Notes under the pieces: model-generated | Databases searched by the model: none | Told to the model about the DNA's origin: nothing | The model's input: the letters and a program-made list of their open reading frames with translations, nothing else | Assembly (NCBI GenBank): GCA_046732835.1 | Contig: JBKPNY010000122.1 | Coordinates: 14,004 to 78,003 of the forward strand | Direction of reading: 5' to 3' | DNA: 64,000 nucleotides | From: Gemmatimonadota bacterium | GTDB lineage: Bacteria; Gemmatimonadota; Gemmatimonadetes; Gemmatimonadales; Gemmatimonadaceae | Shown here: positions 35,733 to 44,656 of the stretch, piece by piece | Numbering within the stretch: position 1 is the stretch's first letter | Layout of the letters: the number at the start of each line of letters is the position of its first letter | Program-made: the position numbers and the translations under genes

Positions 35733-36414
35733 TCAACGAGCCAAGACTTTCGACCGTTACCTCAGCAACAGGAAGTCCGAAAACCGCCCCGAGATGCTGA
35801 GCCGCCATCGAAGCCACTGAATCGAAATCGACAGCCGATCCAGTTTCCTTCGCAATCGAAGTCATCTCGACGCCGACTATCCCGCACGGAACGATTAGAT
35901 CGAAATAAGACAAATCGGTCGAGACGTTCAGAGCAAATCCGTGCCAGGTGACCCAGTCACGAGCATGAACTCCAATCGATGCGATCTTGCGGCCACGCGT
36001 CCAGACTCCGGTGTATCCCGTGGATCTCTCTCCGGGAATCCCATATTCACCGATAACCCTGATGATTGCTTCCTCGACTGATCTCAGGTACCAGTGCAGA
36101 TCCTGCTTGTGACGCTTGAGATCGAACACCGGATAGCCTACCAGCTGTCCCGGACCATGAAATGTCACGTCTCCGCCGCGCTCGACCTCGAAGAGCTCGA
36201 CGCCGCGCGAACGAAGAAAATCGGGACTCGAAATGAGATTCTTCTGCTTGGATGAGCGGCCAAGCGTTACGACCGGAGGATGCTCGACAAGAAGCAGAAC
36301 ATCCTCCGGGATCGCGCCTGTTATCCGCTGCCGCGCCACCTCACGCTGAAGCTCGAGACACTCCTCGTAGCTCATTCGGCCGAGTCGCACGACCCACATC
36401 TCGCGCTCAGCCAT
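35713..36414 (-). CDS. lipB: Lipoyl(octanoyl) transferase
   Basis: LLLVEHPPVVTLGR, RGGDVTFHGPGQLVGYP and the ASIGV...H motifs give the LipB pattern. It is the last gene of the PDH/lipoate operon. Confidence 0.85.
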   Translation of the reverse strand: MAEREMWVVRLGRMSYEECLELQREVARQRITGAIPEDVLLLVEHPPVVTLGRSSKQKNLISSPDFLRSRGVELFEVERGGDVTFHGPGQLVGYPVFDLKRHKQDLHWYLRSVEEAIIRVIGEYGIPGERSTGYTGVWTRGRKIASIGVHARDWVTWHGFALNVSTDLSYFDLIVPCGIVGVEMTSIAKETGSAVDFDSVASMAAQHLGAVFGLPVAEVTVESLGSLTADKSN

Positions 36415-36419
36415 GAGAC

Positions 36420-37823
36420 CTAGATGTGGAGCACTCTGCCCAGCGAATCGAGGCAGGCTTCAGCAACAGCTTCGGAAAGAGTCGGGTGCGCGTGAATTGC
36501 GAGGTCGACTTCTTCGACGGTGAACTCGTTCTCCCGCGCGACCGCCAGCTCATGCAGCAGCTCGGTTGCATGCGATCCAATGATGTGCGCGCCGAGGATC
36601 TCGCCGTACTTCGCGTCGCGAATGATTTTCACGAAGCCTTCGGTCTCACCTGACGTGCGCGCGCGTCCGTTAGCGGAGAAGGGAAATCGTCCAACCTTGT
36701 AATCCAGCTTCTTTTCCTTGCACTGCGCTTCGGTGAGCCCGATCGACGCAACTTCAGGATGACAGTAAGTGGCGTTCGGAATGTTTCCGTAGTTCACCGG
36801 GTGTGCATGCTGTCCTGCGAGAAGCTCGGCGAACACTACGCCTTCGCGCGATCCCTTGTGCGCGAGCATCGGTGGGCCGGCAACGTCGCCGATTGCGTAG
36901 ATGCCTTTCGTCGATGTCTCCATCCGCTCGTTGATCTTGATGAAACCGCGATCTGTGAGCTGAACGCCCTGCTCCTTGAGCCCGATGTCCTCGACGTTCG
37001 GTGCGCGGCCGGCTGCGACAAGAACCTTCTCGACTTCGAGATCGGTTTTCTTTCCGCCAGCGTCGATTGTCATGCTGACGGAATTCTTTCCGACTTTCAC
37101 GTTGCCGATCTTTGCGCCCGCAATCACGTCGATTTTTCTCTTCTTGAACGCTTTCGTCAGCTCCGCGGAGCAATCGGCATCTTCAAGAGGGAGAATAGAG
37201 GGAGCGACGTCGATGAGTGTGACCTGAGTTCCGAACGCCGCGAACACGTCGGCAAATTCGCAGCCGACTGCGCCTGCTCCGACGACAGCCATCGTCTTTG
37301 GTGCCTTGTCGAGTATGAGAACATCGTCCGACGACAAGACTGTTGTCTTGTTGAGCTCGAGACCCGCCTGCGGAAGTCCCTTCACGCGCGAGCCTGTTGA
37401 AATCACAACGGCTTTCTTCGCGTCATGTTTTTCTTCCTTCCCATCTTCGAGCTTGACCGAAACGGAATTCTTCCCGGTGAGCTTCGCCGTTCCCTTGATG
37501 GTGGTGACTTTGTGCTTCTTGAAAAGAAATCCAACGCCTTTTGAGTTCTGCTCACTCACCGCACGCGATCGCTTCATCGCGACGCCGTAGTCGTAGCTCG
37601 TCTCGCCGACATTCACGCCAAAATCCTTTGCCTTCTTCACTTTCTCGGCGAGCGATGCAGACTCGAGCAGCGCCTTTGCCGGAATGCATCCCCACAGCAC
37701 GCACGTTCCGCCAAGACCGTCACGCTCTACCACCGCGACTGACATTCCAAGCTGTGCCGCTCTTATTGCGCCGACGTACCCGGCAGGGCCGCCGCCTATG
37801 AAGATCACATCGAACGATGCCAT
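36420..37823 (-). CDS. lpdA: Dihydrolipoyl dehydrogenase (E3)
   Basis: FIGGGPAGYVGAIRAAQLG is the FAD-binding motif and GGTCVLWGCIPAKALL is the redox-active CxxxxC. A second dinucleotide fold (VVGAGAVGCEFA) and the C-terminal HAHPTLSEA interface motif are present. The ATG shares one base with the E2 stop (TAATG). Confidence 0.9.
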   Translation of the reverse strand: MASFDVIFIGGGPAGYVGAIRAAQLGMSVAVVERDGLGGTCVLWGCIPAKALLESASLAEKVKKAKDFGVNVGETSYDYGVAMKRSRAVSEQNSKGVGFLFKKHKVTTIKGTAKLTGKNSVSVKLEDGKEEKHDAKKAVVISTGSRVKGLPQAGLELNKTTVLSSDDVLILDKAPKTMAVVGAGAVGCEFADVFAAFGTQVTLIDVAPSILPLEDADCSAELTKAFKKRKIDVIAGAKIGNVKVGKNSVSMTIDAGGKKTDLEVEKVLVAAGRAPNVEDIGLKEQGVQLTDRGFIKINERMETSTKGIYAIGDVAGPPMLAHKGSREGVVFAELLAGQHAHPVNYGNIPNATYCHPEVASIGLTEAQCKEKKLDYKVGRFPFSANGRARTSGETEGFVKIIRDAKYGEILGAHIIGSHATELLHELAVARENEFTVEEVDLAIHAHPTLSEAVAEACLDSLGRVLHI

Positions 37824-39169
37824 TAGACCATTAAGAGGAGAGGATTTTCAAAGAAGAGCTTCACCGTCTGCAGGAACTTTGCGCCGGTAGCACCGTCGAT
37901 CACACGGTGATCGCAGCTCATCGTCACGCGCATGCGCTGGCGCACCTGAATCTCGCCGTCGACAACTACCGCCTTTGGCTCAACTCCACCGATTGCGAGC
38001 AATCCGGCTTCAGGCGGATTGATGATTCCTGTGAACTGGTCGATGCCAAACATTCCGAGATTCGAGACGGAGAATGTCGAGCCTGTGTACTGCTCGGGTG
38101 TGAGCTTGCGTTGCCGCGCGAGTCCGGCGAGGGCTTTCGATTCGGCAGAGATCTGGCCAATCGTCTTGCGATCTGCGTCGAAGATCACCGGCGTGATGAG
38201 TCCATCCGGAATTGCGACCGCCATGCCGACGTGCACACGATTGAAATAGCGGATATGATCGCCGAGCCAGTGCGCATTTGATTCGGGATGTTCGGAGAGA
38301 GCGTTGGCGACAGCTTTGATCACAATGTCGTTGAAGCTGATTTTGTATTCGTCGCCGAGCTCCTTCAGCTCGTTTCTCAATGAAGCTGCTTTCTCCGCAT
38401 CGAACTCTGCAGTGAGATAGAACGTCGGCACCGGGCCGATCGATTCGCCCAGGCGCCTTGCGATTGTTTTGCGAATCTGCGAGAGCGCAATGTCCTGATA
38501 GTCGCCATCACGAGTGATGAAACGCTGCGGCGCTTCTTTCGCCGGCTTTGCTGCAGCAGCTGCGGGAGCTTGAGCTGCAGGTGCCTGCTTAGGCGCGTTC
38601 TCGATGTCTTTCTTTACGATCCGTCCGCCTGGACCGGAGCCCTGAAGGCGCGACAGCTCGATCCCGCGCTCTGATGCAAGTCTGCGCGCGAGCGGTGAAG
38701 ATCTTGGCCGTCGTCCATCGGTTGGTGCTGCCGCCGGTGGCGGCGCCGGAGGTGGAGGCGGCGCAGCGGCGGCGGGAGCTGGTGGTGGTGGCGCGGCCGG
38801 TGCTGGAGCGGGGGCCGCCTGAGCTGGCGCTGGAGCCGGAGCTGCAGCGCCCGCAGGGACAGCCGCTGCTTCAGCCGCAGCGGGCTGCGCTGCAGGAGCC
38901 GCGTTTCCAACAATCGCGTCTACATTCTCGTCCGCCGATCCGATAACCGCCAGGAGTGTTCCCACCGGAGATGAGTCACCTTCATTGGCGATACGCTTTC
39001 GTATTATCCCATCGCCACGGGCAACCAGCTCCATCACGGCCTTGTCCGTCTCGACTTCAGCGAGAACGTCACCGCTTTTTACCTGGTCGCCTTCGTTCTT
39101 CAGCCATTTGACAAGGCGCCCTTCCTCCATCGTCGGAGAGAGCGCCTCCATTACAACCTTGGTCGCCAT
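37823..39169 (-). CDS. pdhC: Dihydrolipoamide acetyltransferase (E2) of a pyruvate-dehydrogenase-type complex
   Basis: The N-terminal lipoyl domain (EVETDKAVMEL) is followed by a long Ala/Pro linker, a peripheral-subunit-binding domain (SPLARRLASERGIELSRLQGSGPGGRIVKKDI) and a catalytic domain with DHRVIDG. Confidence 0.85.
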   Translation of the reverse strand: MATKVVMEALSPTMEEGRLVKWLKNEGDQVKSGDVLAEVETDKAVMELVARGDGIIRKRIANEGDSSPVGTLLAVIGSADENVDAIVGNAAPAAQPAAAEAAAVPAGAAAPAPAPAQAAPAPAPAAPPPPAPAAAAPPPPPAPPPAAAPTDGRRPRSSPLARRLASERGIELSRLQGSGPGGRIVKKDIENAPKQAPAAQAPAAAAAKPAKEAPQRFITRDGDYQDIALSQIRKTIARRLGESIGPVPTFYLTAEFDAEKAASLRNELKELGDEYKISFNDIVIKAVANALSEHPESNAHWLGDHIRYFNRVHVGMAVAIPDGLITPVIFDADRKTIGQISAESKALAGLARQRKLTPEQYTGSTFSVSNLGMFGIDQFTGIINPPEAGLLAIGGVEPKAVVVDGEIQVRQRMRVTMSCDHRVIDGATGAKFLQTVKLFFENPLLLMV

Positions 39170-39176
39170 TTATCTC

Positions 39177-40157
39177 TTAGCCGAGGTACATGACTTTTTT
39201 CACTGCTGCAATTGCCTTGGGAGCATCTGCTTTCGCTGCCTTCTCGAGATTCTTTGCGTAAGGCATCGGTGCGTCAGCCTGATGCACACGAATCACAGGC
39301 GCGTCGAGATCGTCGAAGCATTCACGCTGAATGAAGTCGACTACCTGCGCTCCCATTCCGCAGATCTCCCAGCCCTCTTCGAGTACGACTGCGCGATTCG
39401 TTTTCTGAACCGACTGCGCAATCGCCTCGACGTCGATCGGACGAACGGTCCGCAGATCGACGACGTCGACCTTGATGTTCTCCTTCGCAAGCTGATCAGC
39501 AACCTGCAGCGCAACGAGAACCATCTTGCCGTGCGTGATGATCGAGCAGTCACTGCCTTCGCGCTTGAGCTCTGCCTTGCCTATTGGAATCGTGATATCA
39601 CCATCGGGCACTTCGCCCTTGGTGTTGTACAGCATTTCTCCCTCGAGAAATACAATCGGATTGTCGTCGCGGATCGCTGACTTGAGCAGTCCCTTTGCGT
39701 CAGCCGGCGTTCCCGGCGTTATGACCTTGAGTCCGGGAATGTGGGCGAGCCACGATTCCCACGCCTGTGAGTGCTGCGCGGAAAGCTGCAGCGCAGATCC
39801 GTTTGGTCCGCGAAAGACCATCGGCATGGGAAACTGACCGCCCGACATGTAAAGCATTTTCGCTGCGGCATTCACGACCTGATCGAGTGCGAGCAGCGCG
39901 AAGTTCCACGTCATGAACTCGATGATTGGTCTCAACCCGACCATCGCCGAGCCGACGCCAACTCCGGCGAATCCGAGCTCTGTGATGGGCGTGTCGACGA
40001 TTCGCATTGGACCGAATTCGTCGAGAAGTCCCTTCGACACTTTGTACGCGCCGTTGTACTGTGCGACTTCCTCGCCCATGAGAAAGACGCGGTCGTCGCG
40101 AGTGATCTCTTCGCGCAGAGCCTGGTTCAGCGCGTCACGGTAGGTAATTACTGCCAT
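39177..40157 (-). CDS. pdhB: Pyruvate dehydrogenase E1 component, beta subunit
   Basis: The ATG at 40157 gives MAVITYRDALNQALREEITRDDRVFLMGEEV..., the canonical E1-beta N-terminus. The ORF-track start 40238 would overlap pdhA. Confidence 0.85.
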   Translation of the reverse strand: MAVITYRDALNQALREEITRDDRVFLMGEEVAQYNGAYKVSKGLLDEFGPMRIVDTPITELGFAGVGVGSAMVGLRPIIEFMTWNFALLALDQVVNAAAKMLYMSGGQFPMPMVFRGPNGSALQLSAQHSQAWESWLAHIPGLKVITPGTPADAKGLLKSAIRDDNPIVFLEGEMLYNTKGEVPDGDITIPIGKAELKREGSDCSIITHGKMVLVALQVADQLAKENIKVDVVDLRTVRPIDVEAIAQSVQKTNRAVVLEEGWEICGMGAQVVDFIQRECFDDLDAPVIRVHQADAPMPYAKNLEKAAKADAPKAIAAVKKVMYLG

Positions 40158-40159
40158 GA

Positions 40160-41218
40160 TCAGCTCGTTGTGTCGACGAGGATGTCCTTCATGAGCTCTT
40201 CGATTGGAGGCTCCGGGCTCGCATCTGCAAAATCCCACGCGTCCTGGCAGATCGCTTTCACCTCTTCGTCGAGCTTCGCGAACTCACCGTCGGAAAGCTG
40301 GCCCTCCGAGCGCATCAGATCATGCAGCAGGATAATCGGATCGCGCTTCATGCTGTCCTCCAGCTCTTCCTTCGAGCGATACGTTCCGCTGGCAGCATCG
40401 GACATCGAGTGACCCATGAAGCGGAACGTGCGCATCTCGATGAGCGTCGGCCGCGATTCCTTTCGCGCGCGATCGATTGCGCGTCCCATCGCGTCGCGAA
40501 CAGCAAACACATCCTGCGCGTCGACAGACTCGCCATCCATGCGATACGCTGCAGCGCGCGCTTTCACATCTTCGTTCGCTGTCGCGCGTGAGATAGCGGT
40601 ACCCATTCCGTAGCGATTGTTCTCGATCACGAATACCGCGGGAAGATTCCACAGCGAAGCCATGTTCAGCGCTTCGTGGAACGCGCCGATGTTCACCGCA
40701 GCTTCACCAAAGAAGCACACACATACCTGGTCGCCCTTTCTGTATTTGATTGCCCACGCGACGCCGGCTGCAAGAGGAATGTGTCCTCCTACAATCCCAT
40801 GGCCGCCGAGGAATCCAAGACTCTTGTCGAAAAGGTGCATCGATCCGCCCTTTCCTTTCGAGCATCCGTCGATGCGACCGAACAGCTCCGCCATCACTGA
40901 GCGCGGCGTCATTCCACGCGCAAGCGCCTGACCGTGATCGCGATACGACGTCACGATGTAGTCATCTGCACGCAGCAGTGAGCACGTGCCTGACGAGATC
41001 GCTTCCTGCCCGATGTAGAGATGGCAGAATCCGCCGATTTTGCCGAGCGCGTACGCTTCCGCGCACCGCTCTTCGAACCGGCGCTGAAGCAGCATCGATC
41101 GCAGCAGATCTTTTCTCAGCGCCACTTCGTCTGAAGCAGCCTCGGGAGACTCACCGTTTTTCTTGTTCGACATGCCTCGCTTTGATTTGCGCGCTTCGCC
41201 GCTCATTACCTCAGTCAT
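40160..41218 (-). CDS. pdhA: Pyruvate dehydrogenase E1 component, alpha subunit
   Basis: GFCHLYIGQEAISSG, YRDHG, GKGGSMHLF, GGHGIVGGHIPLAAG and VIENNRYGMGT give the mitochondrial/alpha-proteobacterial-type PDH E1-alpha pattern. The ATG at 41218 overlaps the lipA stop as ATGA; later ATGs at 41206 and 41173 are also possible. Confidence 0.85.
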   Translation of the reverse strand: MTEVMSGEARKSKRGMSNKKNGESPEAASDEVALRKDLLRSMLLQRRFEERCAEAYALGKIGGFCHLYIGQEAISSGTCSLLRADDYIVTSYRDHGQALARGMTPRSVMAELFGRIDGCSKGKGGSMHLFDKSLGFLGGHGIVGGHIPLAAGVAWAIKYRKGDQVCVCFFGEAAVNIGAFHEALNMASLWNLPAVFVIENNRYGMGTAISRATANEDVKARAAAYRMDGESVDAQDVFAVRDAMGRAIDRARKESRPTLIEMRTFRFMGHSMSDAASGTYRSKEELEDSMKRDPIILLHDLMRSEGQLSDGEFAKLDEEVKAICQDAWDFADASPEPPIEELMKDILVDTTS

Positions 41219-42123
41219 ACGCCTGCCGCCTGAACCTGCTCCCACGCGTGATACGAGGAGCGAACGAGAGGGCCGGACTCCACGTGACGGAAGCCCATTT
41301 CCATTCCGACTTCATACAGATAACGAAATTCTTCGGGCGTGTAATATCGATCCAGCGCGATGTGATTGTTTGAAGGTCTCAAGTACTGGCCAAGAGTGAG
41401 AATGTCGACGTCGACTTCGCGCAGGTCACGCATTACTGCGATGACTTCCTCGATTGTCTCACCCATTCCAACTATGATGCCCGTCTTGGTCGGAATCTCC
41501 GGCGCAACGCGTTTGGCGAAGCGGAAAATCTCCATTACGCGCGGATACCGACCGCCCGGACGGGCTTTCTTGTAAAGTCTCGGCACCGTTTCCGTGTTGT
41601 GATTGTAAATCTCCGGCTCCGCCTCGAGAACAGCTCTGATGCTGTCTTCGTTTCCCTGGAAATCGGGGACGAGCACCTCAACGGAACACCCCGGAACTCG
41701 CGCGTGAATCTGTCTGATCGTCTCGGCAAAGATGTATGCGCCGAAATCAGGCAGATCGTCGCGATCCACCGACGTAATCACCGCATGCTGCAGCCGCATC
41801 TCGGCAATTGCCTGCGCAACGCGATCCGGCTCCTCGATGTCGTACTTCGGGGGGCGGCCATGCGCGACAGCACAGTATGCGCAGTTCCTCGTGCAGACAT
41901 CGCCGAGGATCATGAACGTCGCGGTGCCATGCTCCCAGCACTCGCCAACGTTAGGGCAGTGGGCCTCCTCGCACACCGAATGGAGGTCCAGCTCGCGCAT
42001 CATCTGCTTGAGGCGCAAATAATTGGGTCCGCCAGGCGCTTTCACCTTGAGCCACGAGGGTTTGCGCTCGGGCAGGGGGGCAACGCGATGGCGACCCATG
42101 ATCTGGTATAGCACTTCGCTCAT
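41215..42123 (-). CDS. lipA: Lipoyl synthase
   Basis: CEEAHCPNVGECW is the auxiliary cluster motif and CTRNCAYC is the radical-SAM CxxxCxxC motif. The overall LipA pattern is present. Confidence 0.9.
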   Translation of the reverse strand: MSEVLYQIMGRHRVAPLPERKPSWLKVKAPGGPNYLRLKQMMRELDLHSVCEEAHCPNVGECWEHGTATFMILGDVCTRNCAYCAVAHGRPPKYDIEEPDRVAQAIAEMRLQHAVITSVDRDDLPDFGAYIFAETIRQIHARVPGCSVEVLVPDFQGNEDSIRAVLEAEPEIYNHNTETVPRLYKKARPGGRYPRVMEIFRFAKRVAPEIPTKTGIIVGMGETIEEVIAVMRDLREVDVDILTLGQYLRPSNNHIALDRYYTPEEFRYLYEVGMEMGFRHVESGPLVRSSYHAWEQVQAAGV

Positions 42124-42142
42124 GTGTCAGGGGGAATCTAGC

Positions 42143-43210
42143 CTAGAACCGCCCTGGTCGGAATTGAGACAGGTCATGCGCGGGTGATTCTCCAACCGCC
42201 AGCGCTGCAACGGTTTCCCCGGTCAAGGGCGCCATGAGAATGCCATTCCGCGAATGTCCAACCGCGTAGATCAAATGATCCGCTTCCGGATCCTTTCCGA
42301 TGATTGGAAGCATGTCGGGCGTGATCGGCCTCAAGCCCGCCCATTCATCCGTCACCGGGGAAATCGCGAGTGCGGGAGCTATCTCTTCAGCGGCGGATTT
42401 GACCTTGGCGAGACCTTCCGGTGTCGTACTCGAGTCGAATCCGACTTCCTCCATCGTACTTCCGGCGACGATGGTCCCGGACGCCCTCGGGACCAGATAA
42501 CCGCGCGGTCCGTATGTCACGTGCCGAAGTCCGATTGTTTTGTACGACACGAGCTGGCCGCGGCAGGGAGTAACTGCTGAAATCCCCGTCACTCCCTCGA
42601 TGGATGGACCCCATGCACCTGCGGCGACTACCACCGTTGCTGCATCGAGCGTCTGCCCTGAGGCGAGCGTCACTGTCGCATCCTGACGCGAAACGCTGAC
42701 TGCAGGCGATGCAAATCGCGAAACAATCGGCGTGTCGTCGATCAGCGCTTCCAGGGCGTCCATCAGGATCACGTTGTCGACAGCACCATCATCCGGATTG
42801 AACACTGCGCCAAGTGCGTGACCCAGCGTCGGCTCCATCTCGACCAGCTCGTTTCGCTCGAGCCAGCTGCTGGTCTCCGGCGCAGTCTTTCTGAGTCCTT
42901 TCACTCCACGAGAAGTCAAAGCAACCTGAAGAATCCCCAGTCGGTTGAGCGGGACTCGAACGCCGATATCGTCGGCGAGAGACTCGAGGAAGTCGGGATA
43001 GAAGTCACGTGCCGCGATCGCAAAATCATGAGCGGGACCGTCAGACTGCTCGACCGACGGCGCCAGCATTCCCGCGGCTGCGCGCGAGGCCTCGCCAGCG
43101 CGGTGCTCACCAATCAGGGCGACAATCTGCCCCTTCCTTGCCAAGGCGTTTGCGACGCAGAGTCCAACCACACCTGCGCCTACTACAATTGTGTCTGCCG
43201 CTCTTCTCAA
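42143..43210 (-). CDS. FAD-dependent oxidoreductase, DAO family (ThiO-like glycine oxidase candidate)
   Basis: IVVGAGVVGLCVANALARKG is a dinucleotide-binding motif and the C-terminal GHSRNGILMAPLTGE resembles the ThiO signature. The substrate cannot be assigned from sequence. Confidence 0.55.
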   Translation of the reverse strand: MRRAADTIVVGAGVVGLCVANALARKGQIVALIGEHRAGEASRAAAGMLAPSVEQSDGPAHDFAIAARDFYPDFLESLADDIGVRVPLNRLGILQVALTSRGVKGLRKTAPETSSWLERNELVEMEPTLGHALGAVFNPDDGAVDNVILMDALEALIDDTPIVSRFASPAVSVSRQDATVTLASGQTLDAATVVVAAGAWGPSIEGVTGISAVTPCRGQLVSYKTIGLRHVTYGPRGYLVPRASGTIVAGSTMEEVGFDSSTTPEGLAKVKSAAEEIAPALAISPVTDEWAGLRPITPDMLPIIGKDPEADHLIYAVGHSRNGILMAPLTGETVAALAVGESPAHDLSQFRPGRF

Positions 43211-43276
43211 TCCTGAAACCCCGGTGAACCAGGACTCGTAGTTAGCGCATCAACCGTTCTACTGGAGAATGTGAGC

Positions 43277-43510
43277 ATGCTGCGCACGATAATAATGACT
43301 GGCGTAATGGTGATGCTCGGCATCTTTGCGCTTGGATTCGTCTTCAAGATTTTCGGCGGCCTGATCGCGCTCACGTTCCTGCTCTTGGGCTTTGCGGTAA
43401 AGGCACTGATCGTCGGTGGAATCGCTTACCTCGCGATCCGGATCGTATCTCCCGATACGGCGGCGCGTCTGAGGGGAAAGTTCTCGGGTAATTCACTCGA
43501 TAAATACTAA
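43277..43510 (+). CDS. Small hypothetical membrane protein (2-3 predicted TM helices)
   Basis: MLRTIIMTGVMVMLGIFALGFVFKIFGGLIALTFLLLGFAVKALIVGGIAYLAIRIV is strongly hydrophobic. The start could be GTG 43271 or ATG 43277. I recognise no family. Confidence 0.4.
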   Translation: MLRTIIMTGVMVMLGIFALGFVFKIFGGLIALTFLLLGFAVKALIVGGIAYLAIRIVSPDTAARLRGKFSGNSLDKY

Positions 43511-43540
43511 GTGCCTGGGGCTGAATGCCGACCAGGTAAT

Positions 43541-43643
43541 GGTAAAAACCGGCTGAGTTAAAGAGTAAGCAGTTTTCAGTACTGGGTACTCAGTACTGAG
43601 TGACTGAAAACTTCTTACTCTTTTAACTCAGCGGGTTTTTACC
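43541..43643. repeat. 103-nt AT-rich near-perfect palindromic hairpin element
   Basis: The left arm is ggtaaaaaccggctgagttaaagagtaagcagttttcagt. The right arm is actgaaaacttcttactcttttaactcagcgggtttttacc. They give about 40 paired positions with two mismatches and one 1-nt bulge, and the 22-nt centre is built from agtact-type palindromes. GC content by hand count is about 41 percent. Confidence 0.85.
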
Positions 43644-43837
43644 GATTGCCCCGCTCAGGAAGGGGACCATGATTTCATGGTGCCCTGTTATTTCGTAGCC
43701 TTTGCCGCCGGCATTCGTTGGACGGTCAGGTTGGGGGCAATCGTCAGCAGGCGGCGACGCAAACTCCTCCGTCCCAACCTTGTCCGGCCGTCTCTCGACA
43801 GGAACTGTCCTCACCCTGGACAGATCCGCTTCTGGAA

Positions 43838-44656
43838 TTAGTCGCGGGTCGTTTGACCCGTCGGAGGGGTGTAGGATTTCAGGTAGAGATTGAGGGATCC
43901 GAACGACAGTTTCGATTTGACCTGCAGTAGGATGCGCGAAGAGTCATCAGAGAGCCAGACCTCAGCCTGTCCCTTCTCGGAAAAAATTCCCTTGGTCTTG
44001 ATGATCGGCTGAACCACAATCGCGTTGTACGTCCCCGCCGGAACAGTCACACGCTCCTTGCGCAGCACTCTAAGCCGCACCGGGTTCCGATCCGGAATGA
44101 AATAGCGGTGGAACTCGTATGACTGGCCAACCACCAGCGGAATTGTTCTCACGAAATAAAGAAAGGCGCCTTCGTCGAGCGGCGCCTCGACTGTTTTCTT
44201 CGTTGTAGTCTTCTGTCGAGTGCGCTCGATGTAAGTGCCGCGCTCGGGAATTATCTCGTAGCTCTGAGTTCGATCGCGCGTGCCCTCTTCGATCTGCCGG
44301 TTGAACAGCAGCGAATTCATCGTGCGAGTGTCGATCCAGCTCTCGTACACATCGTTCACGCGATAGAAGAAAGTGCCGCCCTGCACGTTGAATGCGATGT
44401 GCCATGCGTCCCTGCCGCGAACGTTGTCCAGGCCCACAACCGCCAGCGATCCATTGCCGACCCGCACGGCACCGAAGCGCACTTCGAACGTGGACTTCTC
44501 ACCGGCGCCGAACGGAACGTCGAGCGCATCGTGCGAAAGTGTCGCGCGCGATGTCGGCAGGACGTCGGCAAGCCACGATCGCTCCTGCGCAGCCGCGAAA
44601 CCCGCTGTGAGCAGTACGAGGGAGAACAGCGCTCCCTTGATCGCAGACAATCTCAC
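43838..44656 (-). CDS. DUF3108-like secreted protein
   Basis: The GTG at 44656 overlaps the upstream stop as GTGA and gives (M)RLSAIKGALFSLVLLTAGFAAA/QE, a signal peptide. The body (FEVRFGAVRVGNGSL..., AWHIAFNVQGG..., YNAIVVQPIIKTKGIFSEKGQAEVWLSDDSSRILLQVKSKLSFGSLNLYLKSY) matches my memory of DUF3108. Confidence 0.5.
   Translation of the reverse strand: MRLSAIKGALFSLVLLTAGFAAAQERSWLADVLPTSRATLSHDALDVPFGAGEKSTFEVRFGAVRVGNGSLAVVGLDNVRGRDAWHIAFNVQGGTFFYRVNDVYESWIDTRTMNSLLFNRQIEEGTRDRTQSYEIIPERGTYIERTRQKTTTKKTVEAPLDEGAFLYFVRTIPLVVGQSYEFHRYFIPDRNPVRLRVLRKERVTVPAGTYNAIVVQPIIKTKGIFSEKGQAEVWLSDDSSRILLQVKSKLSFGSLNLYLKSYTPPTGQTTRD

Noticed and set aside
38690-38930. GC-rich low-complexity DNA repeat inside the E2 gene.
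   Set aside because: It encodes the Ala/Pro-rich flexible linker normal for 2-oxoacid dehydrogenase E2 subunits, so it is not an independent element.
43517-43837. Possible tmRNA gene. The string ggggctgaatgccgac near 43517 resembles a tmRNA 5' end, and the spacer is about the right length.
   Set aside because: There is no GTTCGA-type T-loop or CCA-proximal acceptor pairing at the 3' side, and I could read no tag-peptide-like reading frame. The 3' part overlaps the coding end of the DUF3108-like gene. The region is dominated by a simple long palindrome instead.
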